Assembly: GCF_009914755.1 (NCBI RefSeq)
Contig: NC_060943.1
Source of the DNA: the human T2T-CHM13v2.0 reference genome, Homo sapiens
Direction: 5' to 3' (one strand)
DNA: 64,000 nt
Below the pieces are notes generated by a model, which saw only the letters and a list, made by a program, of their open reading frames with translations, did not search any database and was not told where the DNA came from. Made by a program: the position numbers and the translations under genes. Shown in pieces: positions 1-27,233 of this stretch. Every line of letters starts with the position of its first letter. Position 1 is the first letter of the stretch.

Positions 1-2420
<2,420 letters not shown>

Positions 2421-2560
2421 CATCTCAATCCCAGCATTATCTCACTCATTCCACCTCTGGGAGTTACTCTGGGGCAGTCTCTGGCTGGATTCATCTTTCT
2501 CTGTGCTCTGCACAGACCTAGTACCAAGGGGACTAGAAGCAGCATTTACTTGTTCACTAA

Positions 2561-2920
<360 letters not shown>

Positions 2921-3406
2921 TGAACTCCTGACCTCAAGCTATCTGCACACCTCGGCCTCCCAAAGTACTGGGATTACAGGCGTGAGCCACTGTGCCTGGG
3001 CATAAAGTGTTTCCATTAGCAGTACTCATGTTGCGGTATTATTGTCATCATCATCATTTTCATAAAGTAGAAAGTAAAACTTCTCTCAATGGTACCCATA
3101 ATTTACACTGAAGATGTAACTATTCCTTGAGAACAAGATAGAACCTGGCCTGGGAAACAGCACTAATGCTTGTAAATTAGTTCTGTGACAACTATTCTGA
3201 TTTCTTCTATGGTTGCTTATTCTTCCATACCATGTAAGTAAATTCCGTGATTATTAGTTTTGGGTGATTCATGCTTTCCCCACTAGAAAGAACAATTTGG
3301 TTTATTACGCTATCTTCCACCCGTTTCTCCAACACCAGTCACTATTTCAGTCAGAGCATGAAGAAAAATAATTTTGGAAATGGAAACCTGATGTTCTGCC
3401 ATTTAA

Positions 3407-3649
<243 letters not shown>

Positions 3650-3674
3650 TAGTAGAGTTGGGGTTTCACCATGA

Positions 3675-4169
<495 letters not shown>

Positions 4170-4939
4170 TAGTTACACATTACCTATTACATAAACTTTC
4201 CATACCTAAGAAGTTCTCTCCCACCTTTTCTGGACACTATATGCTGCTATTTCTTCTCATATTCTTAAAGATTTCCGAGCAAAGAATTTCTATTTGCTTA
4301 AATTATCAGATATATATTTGATATACATGTCTGTGAATAGTGTGCAGAGGAAATTAAAAGTATCCCTCTTCAATAAAGGGAAGTGGTTATCATAGGCCCT
4401 GGGTCTGGGAGTGAGGTCCAGGTCTACAGTGAAGGGGGGAGGAGACAGGGAAGTCAATCCTGGGGATCAAATCTAAATGCCTACTAAAATCCAAATGGAC
4501 TGTGTAGGAACAGGTCCCTCATGGATAGAAAAACGAAAAAAACAGTGCTGAGAACAAGTAGGAAAGAGACCTAGAGACTAGGCGCAGTGGCTCACGCCTG
4601 TAACCCCAGCACTATCGGAGGCCGAGGCGGACAGATCACTTGAGATCAGGAGTTCAAGACCAGCCTGGCCAACATGGCGAAATCCCGTTTCTACTAAAAA
4701 TACAAAAATTAGCTGGGTGTGGTGGTGCGCACCTGTAATCCCAGCTACTCAAGAGGCTGAAGCATGAGAAGCCTTTGAATCTGGGAGGCAGAGGGTGCAG
4801 TGAGCCAAGATCTCACCACTGCACTCCAGCTTGGGCGACAGAGCAAGACCCTATCTCAAAAAAAAAAAAGAGAGACCTAGAGTGTCTTGGTATGCTGAAG
4901 GTCCCACAAGGTCTATGCAGTACTGTGGTCTTTTCTCCC

Positions 4940-6077
<1,138 letters not shown>

Positions 6078-6790
6078 TGTCTTAGCTTGGGTTGCTAAAA
6101 CAAAATACCATAAATTGGAAAGCTTAATTAATCAACAAACATTTATTTCTCATGGTTTGGGAGGCTGGGAAGTCCAATATCAAGGCACTGGCATAGTCCA
6201 TGTCTGGTAAGGGCCTGCTTCCCGGTTCAAAGATAGCTATCTTCTCACTGCACCCTCTCATGGTGAAGGGCAAAGCTAGCTCTCTAGGGATTCCTATCAG
6301 GAAACTAATCCCAATTACAAGGCCTCCATCTTCATGATGTCCTCCAATCCTAAAAACCACCAGAGACAGGGCCTCCAAATACCATCACATTGTGGGGGAG
6401 AGGGGGGGCACGGGGGTAAGGTTTCAACATATGAATCTGAGGTGGCATACACTCAGCCAAAACATTACACCTCTGGCCCCCAAAATCCATGTCATCACAT
6501 GTAAAATATATTCATCTCATCCCAAAGGCCTCAAAAGTCTCAGTTAATTCCAGCATGAAGCCTAATGTTTAAACTCAAACTCCAAAGTGTCATCTCAATA
6601 TCACATCACTCAGATATGGATGAGACTCAATTCATGCTGAGGCAAAATTCTTCTTCAGCTCCGAACCGGTGAAAACCAAACTAGTCATGTATTTCCAAAA
6701 TATGAGACAGGCACAGGATAGAGATTCCTATTCCAAAAGTGAGAAACAGGAGAAAGGGGTGAGCTCCCAAACAAGTCTGAAACCCAGAAA
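6078..6790 (-). mobile_element. MaLR (MLT1A/MST-type) LTR at 6078-~6469 plus internal fragment, downstream of the ZNF564 stop
   Basis: The minus strand ends ...agaaataaatgtttg...gtattttgttttagcaacccaagctaagaca, a typical MaLR LTR 3' end. Confidence 0.8.
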
Positions 6791-6849
6791 GCAAACTGAA
6801 GACTTTCCATATTCTTTAGATATGTAGATACTTGTAGACCTGTCCTCCA

Positions 6850-8320
6850 CTATTCATTTTCACAGGTATTCGAAGGTTGTGTGATAAATGAAAGCTTTCC
6901 CACATTCTTTACGTAAGGTTTATCTCCATTATGAGCTCTTTCATGTCTTTGAAAGGAACTGGAATAACTGAACGTTTTTCCACATTGCTTACATTCATAG
7001 GGTTTTTCTCCGGTATGAGTTCTTTCATGTATTCTAATGGAACTGGCATAATTGAATGCTTTCCCACATTCTTTACATTCATAGGGTTTTTCTCCAGTAT
7101 GAGTTCTTTCATGTGTTCGGACAGAACTAGGACAGTCAAAGGCTTTACCACATACCTGACATTTATAAGGTCCATCTCCAGTGTGCAGTATCATATGTTT
7201 TCTAATCCTTTTAAGAGAAATGAAGGCTTTCCCACATACCTGACATTCATAGGGTTTCTCTCCAGTGTGAGTTCTTTCGTGTATTTGAAATGAACTGGGA
7301 CAGTCAAAGGCTCTACCACATACCTGACATTTATAAGGTCCATCTCCAGTGTGCTTTATCATGTGTCTTCGGACACTTGGGAGAGAAATGAAGGCTTTCC
7401 CGCATTCCTTACATTCATAGGGCTTCTCTCCAGTGTGAGTCCTTTCATGTGTTCGAACATTACTGGAAGAACTGAAGGTTTTACCACATTTATTACATTC
7501 ATAGGGTTTCTCCCCAGTATGAGTTCTTTCATGCTTTCGAACATAACTGGGAAAAATAAAGGCTCTCCCACATACTTTACATTTATAAGGTCCATCCCCA
7601 GTGTGCCTAATCATATGACTTTGAAAATTTGTGAAAGAAATGAAGGCCTTCCCACACTGTTTACATTCATGGGGTTTCTCTCCAGTATGAGTTCTTTCAT
7701 GTATTCGAAATAAACTGGGGCGGTCAAAGGCTTTTCCACATTCCTGACATTTATAAGGTCCATCTCCAGTGTGCCTAATCATGTGTCTTTGAAAACTTGG
7801 AAGAGAAATGAAAGCTTTTGCACATTCCTGACATTCATAGGGTTTCTCTCCAGTGTGAGTTCTTTCATGTATCTGAAATAAACTTGGGCGATCAAAGGCT
7901 TTCCCACATTCCTGACATTTATATGGTCCATCTCCAGTGTGCTTAATCATGTGTCTTCGAACACTTGGGAGAGAAATGAAGGCTTTCCCACATTCCGGAC
8001 ATGCATAGGGTTTCTCACCAGTGTGAGTTCTTTCATGTCTTCGAAAGGATTGACAAGAACTGAAGGCTTTCCCACACTGCTTACATTTATATGGTTTCTC
8101 TCCATATTCCTGATAGTCATATGGTTTGTGTCCAAGGTGAGATCTGATGTGCCTACTAAGGGATGAATGATGCATGAAGACTTTCCCACACAAACTACAT
8201 TCACATGGTCTTACTATAGTAGGAATTTTCTTGTTCAGATTAAGATTGAGAATCTGACTGAAGGCTTCTCCACATTGATCATATTCTTTACTTTCACTGA
8301 GTCCCTCTTCCATATGATTT
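6850..8320 (-). CDS. ZNF564: ZNF564 exon 4 coding part: spacer plus 15 C2H2 zinc fingers
   Basis: ORF 6850..8340 contains 15 CX2CX12HX3H motifs. Acceptor ttttttccAG at 8322-8321; stop TAG at 6852-6850. The four exons (3+127+61+1471 = 1662 nt) give 553 aa in frame. Confidence 0.93.
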
Positions 8321-8707
8321 CTGGAAAAAATAGAAAGCAAGATTTAGTGGTTTGTGACTTTATATTTATTAATAGGTATTCGACTTACATTTTTACCATA
8401 ATCGCGGAAAGGGTAAGTTTTCAGGCCTGTATGAATTGTTTGAAAGTGAATGGATGGAATGCTCTGCAAGAGAGCTCGACAGTAGCTATCACCAAAAAAG
8501 TGATATCCATATATACAGTTTCTTAATACTATTTCCAAGTGAATGATTTTGCAACACTGAACATCTATGCCACTTTTTCTTTTTCTGGTGAAAAAGTTGT
8601 AGGAATAAATAAATCTGAAGCTGGGCTTACTGGTTTGTTTACTTATTTTTAAAATTTCATGACATACTAAGAAGGAGACATTGCTTTATCTTGTCAGTGC
8701 AAATTAC

Positions 8708-8768
8708 CTTAAAATTCTCCCCTGATTTTTGTACCAATCTTCAATGCTCTGGTCTTCCCATTTTTTTC
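8708..8768 (-). CDS. ZNF564: ZNF564 exon 3 (61 nt, KRAB-B-like: [21 protein letters not shown])
   Basis: ttttAG acceptor (8770-8769) and GTaatt donor (8707-8702); phase 1 to 2 joins exons 2 and 4 in frame. Confidence 0.92.
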
Positions 8769-8902
8769 CTAAAATATAGTCAGAAAAAATCCTTATGAAC
8801 TGATAGACATTACAGAAAAATGACTAGATTCTAAGTTCATGATAAGGTGCAAACAACCCTGATTTATTCACCCAAGTATTCCCTTTTCCACATTAGACAT
8901 CA

Positions 8903-9100
<198 letters not shown>

Positions 9101-9790
9101 CTAAAACATCCCAAATATGCAATGCAGGAGGAAGAATGAGATGACAGTACAGGGATGTAAACCCAATTCATAAAAGTTCACAAATGGCTAGGTGTGGTGG
9201 CTCATGCCTGTAATCCCAGCACTTTGGGAGGCCAAGGCATACAGATCACCTGAGGTCAGGAACTTGAGGCCAGCCCGGTCAACATGGTGAAACCCCATCT
9301 CTACTACAGATATATGAATTAGCTGGGCGTGGTGGCGTATGCCTGTTAATCCTGGCTACTCAGGAGGCTGAGGCAGGGGAATCGCTTAAACAAGGGAGGC
9401 AGAGGTTACGGTGAACCAAGATCACGCCACTGCACTTCAGCCTGGCTGACAGAGAGAGACCCCATCTCAAACAAACAAACAAAAAACAAAACAAAAAAGT
9501 TGACAAAACGATGTGGCAGTCTCCAAACATTTATTTTATGATAAATAAATATGGTTGTCAGAATTCCGTCTACATTCACTTTCTCATAAATTTAATTACC
9601 CCATGAAAACATGCAACTGATCTCTACATTTTTACTGTAGTCACTACAAGTTTTATTGGTCTCTAATGGCAGGATCCAGTTCACCTTGGAGAAACAAATA
9701 AAATGCTATACAAAGAAAACAAATTTTGGCCAGGCCTGGTGGCTCACACCTGTAATCCCAGCACTTTGGGAGGCTGAGGCAAGAGGATCA

Positions 9791-10065
<275 letters not shown>

Positions 10066-10227
10066 TCATATCTCACACCAATCAGCATTCCATGAAACAC
10101 AGGGTAGCCCAGGCGCACTGGCTCATGCCTGTAATCCCAAAACTTTGGGAGGCAGAGGCAGGCGGATCACCTGAGATCAGGAGTTTGAGACCAGCCAGCC
10201 CAACATGGCAAAACCCTGTCTCTACTA

Positions 10228-10659
<432 letters not shown>

Positions 10660-10699
10660 TTAACCTGCATGTATAACATTTGTTATAGACTCACTGATT

Positions 10700-16550
<5,851 letters not shown>

Positions 16551-16968
16551 GAGACTCATGACTGAAAAGTAACTAATCACTGAACCATGTTTTTTCTTTT
16601 TTTGAGACAGGGTCTCATTTTGTCACCCAGATTGGAGTGCAGTGGTATGATCACAGCTCACTGCAGCCTCAACCTCCAAGGCTAAAGTGATCCTTCCACC
16701 TCAGCCTCCCAAGGATCTGGGACTACAGGTACATGTCACCATGCTCAGGAAATTTTTGTATTTTTTGTAGAGACGGGGTTTTGTCATGTTGCCCAGGCTG
16801 GTCTCAAACTCTTGGGCTCAAGCAATCTGCCTACCTTGGCCTCCCAAAGTGCTGACATGGCAGGCGTAAGCCACCACACCTGGCCCATATCATATTTCAT
16901 GCAACTGATTTGAACTTATTTTAGTAAGCCATTATGGTCATGAATGAGGTCTTCAGCCAATGCCTTGT

Positions 16969-17030
16969 TTAGGAGCCCTGCACTGTATATTCCGAGAAGT
17001 TAGGAGCCCAGCACTGTATATTCTGAGAAG
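16969..17030. repeat. 31-bp tandem duplication (2 copies, 2 mismatches)
   Basis: TTAGGAGCCC(T/A)GCACTGTATATTC(C/T)GAGAAG x2. Confidence 0.9.
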
Positions 17031-17626
17031 TTAAATTAGGGCCTTGGTTACCATCAGTACTGTCTAGAATTCGGACATGGATGAGTATCCATGGTATTGT
17101 GGACTTCGTATAAGATATGTATTGGCCAGGCAAGGTGGCTCACATCTGTAATCCCAACACTTTGGGAAGCCGATAGAGTGAGCCATCACATCCAGCCCTG
17201 AAGTCTTATTCTCATTGGTAAATACAAGAAAAACAGTAACAGATTATATAGATTTGGAATGAACCTGAAAACTCCTAATACTTTTAACAGATGGTTTTTA
17301 GTATATATGTGCAATCATAATCACAATTTTCATCACCTCAAAAATAAGCCCATGTACTTTTTACCTGTCAATCTCCTATCCTCCCATCTTCTTCTGCCAG
17401 TCCCCAGCCCTTGATAAGCAGCAATCTTTCGGTCTCTATAGATTTTCCTATTATGGACTTCCATATAATCAGAATCATGCCATGTGGTATGTGACTGGCT
17501 TCATTATAGGTTTCTCAAGTCACATCCATGTTGTAGCACGCATCCCCACTTTGTATTTATGGTAGAATTATATTCCACTGGATGGATATTACACATTTTC
17601 TTTATCTATCATCCAATGATGTATTA

Positions 17627-17850
17627 CAGTCAGCCCTCCATACTTGGAGTTTCTGTATCCTCAGATTCGACCACCCTCTGATCATGTACTATGTGATTAG
17701 GTCTATGATGGTTAGGTATATACTGAACATGTACAGACTTTTTCTTCTTTTTATTATTCCCTAAACAACACAATATAACAACTATTTTACCTAAAATTTA
17801 TGTTGTATCAGGTATTATAAGTGAGCTAAAGATGATTTAAAGTATATGGA
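17627..17850 (-). mobile_element. TcMar-Tigger MER2-like fragment
   Basis: cagtcagccctccatac...ctgaacatgtacagac...attattccctaaacaa...gatgatttaaagtata. Confidence 0.7.
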
Positions 17851-17986
17851 AGACAATGTTTTCTAAGCCGGGCGTGGTGGCTCACGCCTGTAATTCCAGC
17901 ACTTTGGGAGGTCGAGGGGGGCGGATCACCTGAGGTCGGGAGTTCGAGACCAGCCTGACCAAAAAGGAGAAACCCTGTCTCTACTA

Positions 17987-18145
<159 letters not shown>

Positions 18146-19881
18146 TCAAAAAAAAAAAAAAAAGAAAAAAAAGAAAAGAAAATGTTTTCTTAATTTCCAT
18201 TTTGGGTTGTTCAGTGACAATGTATAAAAATAACAGATTTTTGCAGGTTCCATTTGTATGCTACCAATTTGCTTAATTCATTTATTACTTCTAAGTGCGT
18301 GTGTGGGGTGGGGGAAGCTCTTGGAAGTTCTACATGTAAAATCACATAATTTGTGAACAGGAAAAAATTTCCTTCTTCCTGTCCAATTTTGATATCTTTT
18401 CTTTTTCTTGTCTAATTACTCTGACTAGAACATCCGGTACTATGGCGAATAGTAGTGGTAAAAGTTAACTAAGTCTCAATAGATTTTTTTAAATAGAATA
18501 AAAAATAATAGTAAGTTAAAATATAAAATGATTGTATAACACACATTCAACATACGAATATACATTTACACTGTTAATATATAAATACAAAATAAAGTAA
18601 AATATAAAATAATATTAGCTCGGTGCAGTGGCTCACACCTGTAATCCTAACACTTTAGGAGGCAAAGACAGGAGGACTGCTTAATGCCAAGGAGTTTAAG
18701 ACCAGCCTGGACAACATAGTGAAATCCTGTCTCTATTAAAAAAAAAAAAATTTGGCCAGGCGCAGTGGCTCACGCCTGTAATCCCAGCACTTTGGGAGGC
18801 CAAGGTGGGTGGATCACGAGGTCAGGAGTTAAACACTAGCCTGGACAAGATGATGGAACCCCATCTCTACTAAAAATACAAAAAAATTAGCCAGGCATGG
18901 TGGTGGGCACCTGTAATCCCAGCTACTTGGGAGGCTGAGGCAGAGAATTGCTTGAACCCGGGAGGCGGAGGTTGCAGTGAGCCAAGATTGCGCCATTGCA
19001 TTCCAGCCTGGGCAACACAGCAAGACTCTGTCTAAAAAAAATAAATAAATAAAAAATAAAAAAATTTTAACTAGTCGAGTGTGGTGGCACAAGCCTGTAA
19101 TCCCAGCTACTTGGGAGGCTGACACAGAAGGATACTTGAGTACAAGAGGTCAATGCTACAGTGAGCTATGATTGCGCCACTACACTCCAGTCTGGGCGAC
19201 AGAGCAAGACCCTGTCTCAAAAAAAAAAGTATCAACTTTAGTTAATAATAATGTTATTGGTTTGCCAATTTTCATCATTATCAGATGTAATATGTTGGTT
19301 TATAATCATAACTAATACACTACACTAACGCAGTATGTTAAAAATAGGGGAGGTAGGCCAGGCGTGGTGGCTCACGTCTGTAATCCTAGCACTTTGGGAG
19401 GTCGAGGCAGGTGGATCACCTGAGGTCAGGAGTTCAAGACCAGCCTGGCTAATGTGGCGCAATCCAGTCTCTACTAAAAAAATTCAAAAAAAAATTAGCT
19501 GGACATGGTGGTGGGCGCCTGTAATCCCAGCTACTCCGGAGGCTGAGGCAGAAGAATCGCTTGAATCTAGGAGGCAGACATTGCAGTAAGCTGAGATCGT
19601 GCCTCCTGTCACCACACTCCAGCCTCGGTGACAGAACGAGACTCCATCTCAAAAAAAAAAAAAAAAAAATAGGGGAGGTAGGGAAAAGGGGCTCTGTAAT
19701 AGCTCCCAAATTTTTCTGTAAACTATGAATTAAAAAAGCAAATAAACTAACCTTTCATGGAAAATTCTAGTGTAAAAAAAGAAAGCTGGCTGGGCACAGT
19801 GGCTCACGCCTGTAATTCCAGCACTTTGGGAGGCCGAGGCGGGTGGATCACAAGGTCAGGAGTTCGAGACCATCCTGGCTA

Positions 19882-20163
<282 letters not shown>

Positions 20164-20197
20164 TCACAAGGTCAGGAGATAAAGACCATCCTGGCTA

Positions 20198-20465
<268 letters not shown>

Positions 20466-21076
20466 TCAAAAATGAAATATGTAACTGACTGGCTTAAAAT
20501 AAAATATATTGACATAGGGTTGAGTACACAGGTTAAGAAAAGCAAGGAAATTATCTTATAATCTATAACACTGGCCCCATCTGGAAAGAGAATGGATGAT
20601 TTGGCTTCTAGGAATCATTTCAAGTGGGGCATGTGGTGAGAAGTCTTCAAAGTCGTGGCCTGGCTGTCATGAGACTGACATTCCCTTTACAATGTTTCAG
20701 TTGACTGTGCAACTGTTTTATGTAGTTTCCTCATATGCAATATGTTTAGTAAGTTTCCACAATGAAAACTCAATACACAAATAAGTCTCAGTGTACTCCG
20801 AATTTTGAGCATCAAGCCATTGAAGTCAACATTTAAAAGAGAGCATAGGGCCAGTGTGGTGGCTCACATCTGTGATCCCAACACTTTGGGAGGCTGAGGC
20901 GGACAGATCAGTTGAGGTCAGGAGTTCGAGACCAGTCTGGCCAACATGGTGAAACTCCATCTCTATTAAAAATACAAAAACCGGCTGGGTGTGGTAGCTC
21001 ATGCCTGTAATCCCAGCACTTTGGGAGGCCAAGGCGGGCAGATCACAAAGTCAGGAGATCGCCACCATCCTGGCTA

Positions 21077-21373
<297 letters not shown>

Positions 21374-21797
21374 TCATACCACTGCACTCCAGCCTGGGCA
21401 ACAGAGACTCTGTCTCAAAAAAAAAAAAAGACAGCATAGCCCCAGCCTCGGGAATGTGGCAAAACCCTGTCTCTACAAAAAAAAAAAAAAAAAAAAAAAG
21501 AAACACAAAAATTAGCTGGGTGTGGTGGCACGCACCTGCAGTTCCAGCTACTCAAGAGGCTCGAGGGAGGAGGATCACCTGAGCCCAGGAAGTCTAGGCT
21601 GCAGTGAGCCATTGACTGCACCACTGCACTCCACCCTGGGTGATGGGGTTAAGACCCTGCCTCAAAAAACAAAAATAGCTAGGCAGGGTGGCTCACGCCT
21701 GTAATCCCATCACTTTGGGAGGCTGAGATGGGCGGATCACCTGAGGTCAGGAGTTCGAGACCAGCCTGGCCAACAAGGCAAATGCCCATCTCCACTA

Positions 21798-21953
<156 letters not shown>

Positions 21954-22455
21954 TCAAAAAAAAAAGAAAAAAAAAATCAAATTAGGAAGCACTACATGGA
22001 GAAATGGCATAGATCCTTAGAAAAGAGGCTGAATATTACCATGATATATGCTTAAGCTGTCCCAAATACAGTGCTTTATTTAATTCCATAAAATTCACAA
22101 CCAGATTTGCTTGGTATGTTATTAAACTTAAGAAATGCTATTTCTGCCAGGCATGGTGGCTCACGCCTGTAATCCCAGCACTTTGGGAGGCCGAGGCAGG
22201 CGGATCACATGGTCAGGAGATCAAGACCGTCCTGGCTAATACGGTGAAACCCCGTCTCTACTAAAAATACAAAAAATTAGCTGGGCGTAGTGGCAGGCAC
22301 CTGTAATCCCAGATACTCAGGAGGCTGAGGCCGAGGAATCGCTTGAACCCGGGAGAGAAGAGGTTGCAGTGAGCCAAGATTGTGCCACTGCACTCCAGCC
22401 TGGGTGACAGAGCGAGACTCTGTCCAAAAAAAAAAAAAAAAAAAAAGAAATGCTA

Positions 22456-22755
<300 letters not shown>

Positions 22756-23030
22756 CTACTTCTAGGCCAGGCACACACATGGAATCCCAGCATTCTGGGA
22801 GGCCAAGGTAGGAGGATCACTTGAAGCCAGGAGTTCAAGATCAGCCTAGGCAACATAATGAAACCTCAACCAAAATTAAAAATTAGCTGGGCATGATAGC
22901 ACGTGTCTGTAGTCCCAGCTACTCAGGAGGTTGAGGCAGGAGGATCGCTTGAACCCAAGAGTTGTAGGCTGCAGTGAGCTATGATCACGCCAGTGCAGAT
23001 CATGCCTGGTGACATAGGGGGACCATCTCA

Positions 23031-23493
<463 letters not shown>

Positions 23494-23506
23494 TCACCCA
23501 AGGTCA

Positions 23507-23877
<371 letters not shown>

Positions 23878-23928
23878 TCAGGAGCTCGAGACCAGCCTGG
23901 TCAACATAGTGAAACCCTGTCTCTACTA

Positions 23929-24135
<207 letters not shown>

Positions 24136-24176
24136 CTAAAAACAGCAAAGACTTCGTACAGTACACTGTTAGAAAA

Positions 24177-24552
24177 TGTTACAGCCTGAATCTGTGTGTC
24201 CCTCCCAAAATTCATATACTGAAATTCTAACTCCTAATGTCGTTGCATTAGGAGGTGGCATCTTTGGGAGGTAATCGGGGTTAGAGACCATGAGGGTGGT
24301 GCCCTCATAAATGGGATTAGCACCTTTAGAAGAAATGACAGGAGACAGCTTGCTTCCTCTCTCCTCTGCCTTGTGAGGATATAATGAGAGATGATGATCT
24401 GAAAACCACAAAGCAGGCCCTTACCAGACACTACATCTGCCAGCACTTGAACTTGGACTTCCCAGCCTCCAGAACTGTGAAAACTACATGTGTGCTGTTC
24501 AAGCCACCCAGCCCATGGCAATGTATTACAGCATCCCCAGGTGACTAAGACA
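24177..24552 (+). mobile_element. MLT1A-type MaLR solo LTR
   Basis: tgttacagcctgaat...gtccctcccaaaattcatatactgaaattctaac...gactaagaca. Confidence 0.85.
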
Positions 24553-24854
24553 GTACAGCACTTTCTCAACCATACATCAGGGTTATGAAATAATTAGGAC
24601 ACTATGGCAGTAGCAGAAAGATAAACCAAAGAAATATGGGAAATTCTGAAACCAGGGCATCTATGTAGGGTATGTGAACCTATGACAGAGCAGGTATGGT
24701 CAGTCAGGGACAGAAACGACGGACAGTTAAACCCCAGCAGCAGTGATAACCCATCTTCTGCCATCATCTCCACATAATGTTGTGAATTCAGTGTAGAGCT
24801 GTCTATTGCAGTGAATTCTTAAAATTGTATGCTACCTCAGAAGCCACTTTGAAT

Positions 24855-25290
24855 ATGGCTTTAACTTTCTCATACCAGAAGCAGGGCTTAGTCACCCTTA
24901 ATACAGTTTCCAGTTCTACGCCTCCTCCCATTTCCTCCATGTGGTCAATCCAGTTATCTGCCTTACACAGCCGCCTCCCTGTGACCACCTCCGCATGAGA
25001 CGGCTAGATACAAACTGCTGGAAATCATCCAACTGACCCTACACAAGGAATGCACAGAGAGGCTGCAGGGACCACCTCTCAGTCACCATGTGACTCCACG
25101 AAATTCCCATCTGGTTGCTCTAAACTCACCAACTAGAACTCCCACAGAGTCTCCAATAAAGGCATCTGCCCAGATTCCTCTGTCTTGCTCCCTGGTTAGG
25201 TGTGTATATCAGGTCTGAAACAGCCACCCTCTTCCTGTTGGCCTACAAGGAGAACTATCCTTTCTCTCTGGGATCTATTACCTAGCAGCC
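24855..25290 (+). mobile_element. ERVL-class LTR (MER73/MER74-like)
   Basis: ctcataccagaagcagggcttagtcacccttaatacagtttccagttct...ctccaataaaggc. Confidence 0.5.
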
Positions 25291-25325
25291 TGTTTCACCC
25301 ACAGTCACAAGGAAACCCACATTCA

Positions 25326-25568
<243 letters not shown>

Positions 25569-25571
25569 TCA

Positions 25572-25676
<105 letters not shown>

Positions 25677-25829
25677 TCAAAAAAAAAAAAAAAAAAAAGA
25701 AATGAGTGAGGGAAACATCCTGGGAGCTCCACGCACCCTACTCTCCTCTCCTCATGATGTGATTCACGGTCTCGATTCTCACCAGTGACCAGATGTTTAC
25801 CTGGAGTCAGTTTAAGGTTCTGACCTCTG

Positions 25830-26545
25830 GTGTCCTTTCTGTGACACCCGAAGTGTAAACACCGACCAGTTCTAACAGCAGGTGTCTAACAGTTCAGTTC
25901 TGACACCACTCAGAATTAGGACAGACCTACAAGTTCAGGGCTCAGTCTCACAACATGCCAGTTCACATGCCAGTCACAAGCCGCAGGGCCACCCACACTT
26001 CTGAACAACTGTGTACAAATCGTGAGCTCCCATAATCTCCTCCTCGGGTTCAATAATTTGCTAAAACTATTCAAAGAACTTAGCAAAACATGTTACTTAA
26101 GTATAACTCAGGAACAGGCAAATAAGAGCTGAAAAATGGCAGGGAAAGGGGGGTGGATATAGGCAACGCTCCTCATCTTGGGGTGCACCACCCTCCCAGC
26201 ACATCAATGTCCTCATCAACCTGGAAGTACTCTCTGAATGTCTTTGCTCAAAAATTTTTACACAACTCAATCTCCAGCCTCCACTCTTTCCTGGGGTAGG
26301 GAATGGAGCTTAAAGCAACAACCCTCTAGTCATGGGTTTGGTCTTTCTGGTCACCAGTCTCCACTCTGAAAGTATCCAGGGGTTCCACAGAATCACCTCA
26401 TTAGCTTAAAACTCAAGTATGGTCTGAAAGGGGATTGTTGTGAATAACAAAACACACTCCACCTATCACTTAGGGAATTCCAAGGGTTTTAGGATCCCTG
26501 TCCCAGGAACTGCAGACAAACACCAAATATATTTATTACACCACA
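25830..26545. mobile_element. MER21-family LTR in ZNF564 intron 1
   Basis: atgccagtcacaagcc...aataatttgctaaaac...ggaattccaagggttttagga...atatatttattacaccaca. Confidence 0.65.
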
Positions 26546-26933
26546 GAAGCAAATACACTCGTAAATTCATAAACCTTTTCTCCAGCAGAAAGAAGCCAAA
26601 GGTGTCTTTCTCTAAGTCTGACCCTCACAGACATTTGCAGAAATTACACTCTGACTAAACCAACTCTGTGGATACAAAACCAAATTGCTGACAATGTTGA
26701 ATTTTACCCAAGCTCTATAATCCTACAGAATAGCTATGATTAAAACACTCTCCACCACCACCACCACCCTTGGTGTTCCAGAGAAGCAGCATACTGCGGG
26801 GCAAAAAACCCTATTACTAATTTAGACGTCCTTTATTTTACCTATAAGAAAGCCAGACAGGCGGCTGGGTGCAGTGGCTCACGCCTGTAATCCCAGCACT
26901 CTGGGAGGCCGAGGTGGACGGATCACGAGGTCA

Positions 26934-27233
<300 letters not shown>

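Noticed and set aside
8321-8340. ORF-track N-terminus MLSIFS, and the extension of the 8900..9094 ORF past 8974
   Set aside because: Intronic sequence beyond the splice sites.
6909-8526. Alternate-frame and antisense ORFs over the zinc-finger exon (also at 61070-62027)
   Set aside because: Shadow ORFs produced by C2H2 codon periodicity.
16969-17030. Direct repeats of CRISPR-like length
   Set aside because: Two abutting copies with no spacer, in a eukaryotic intron; a simple tandem duplication.
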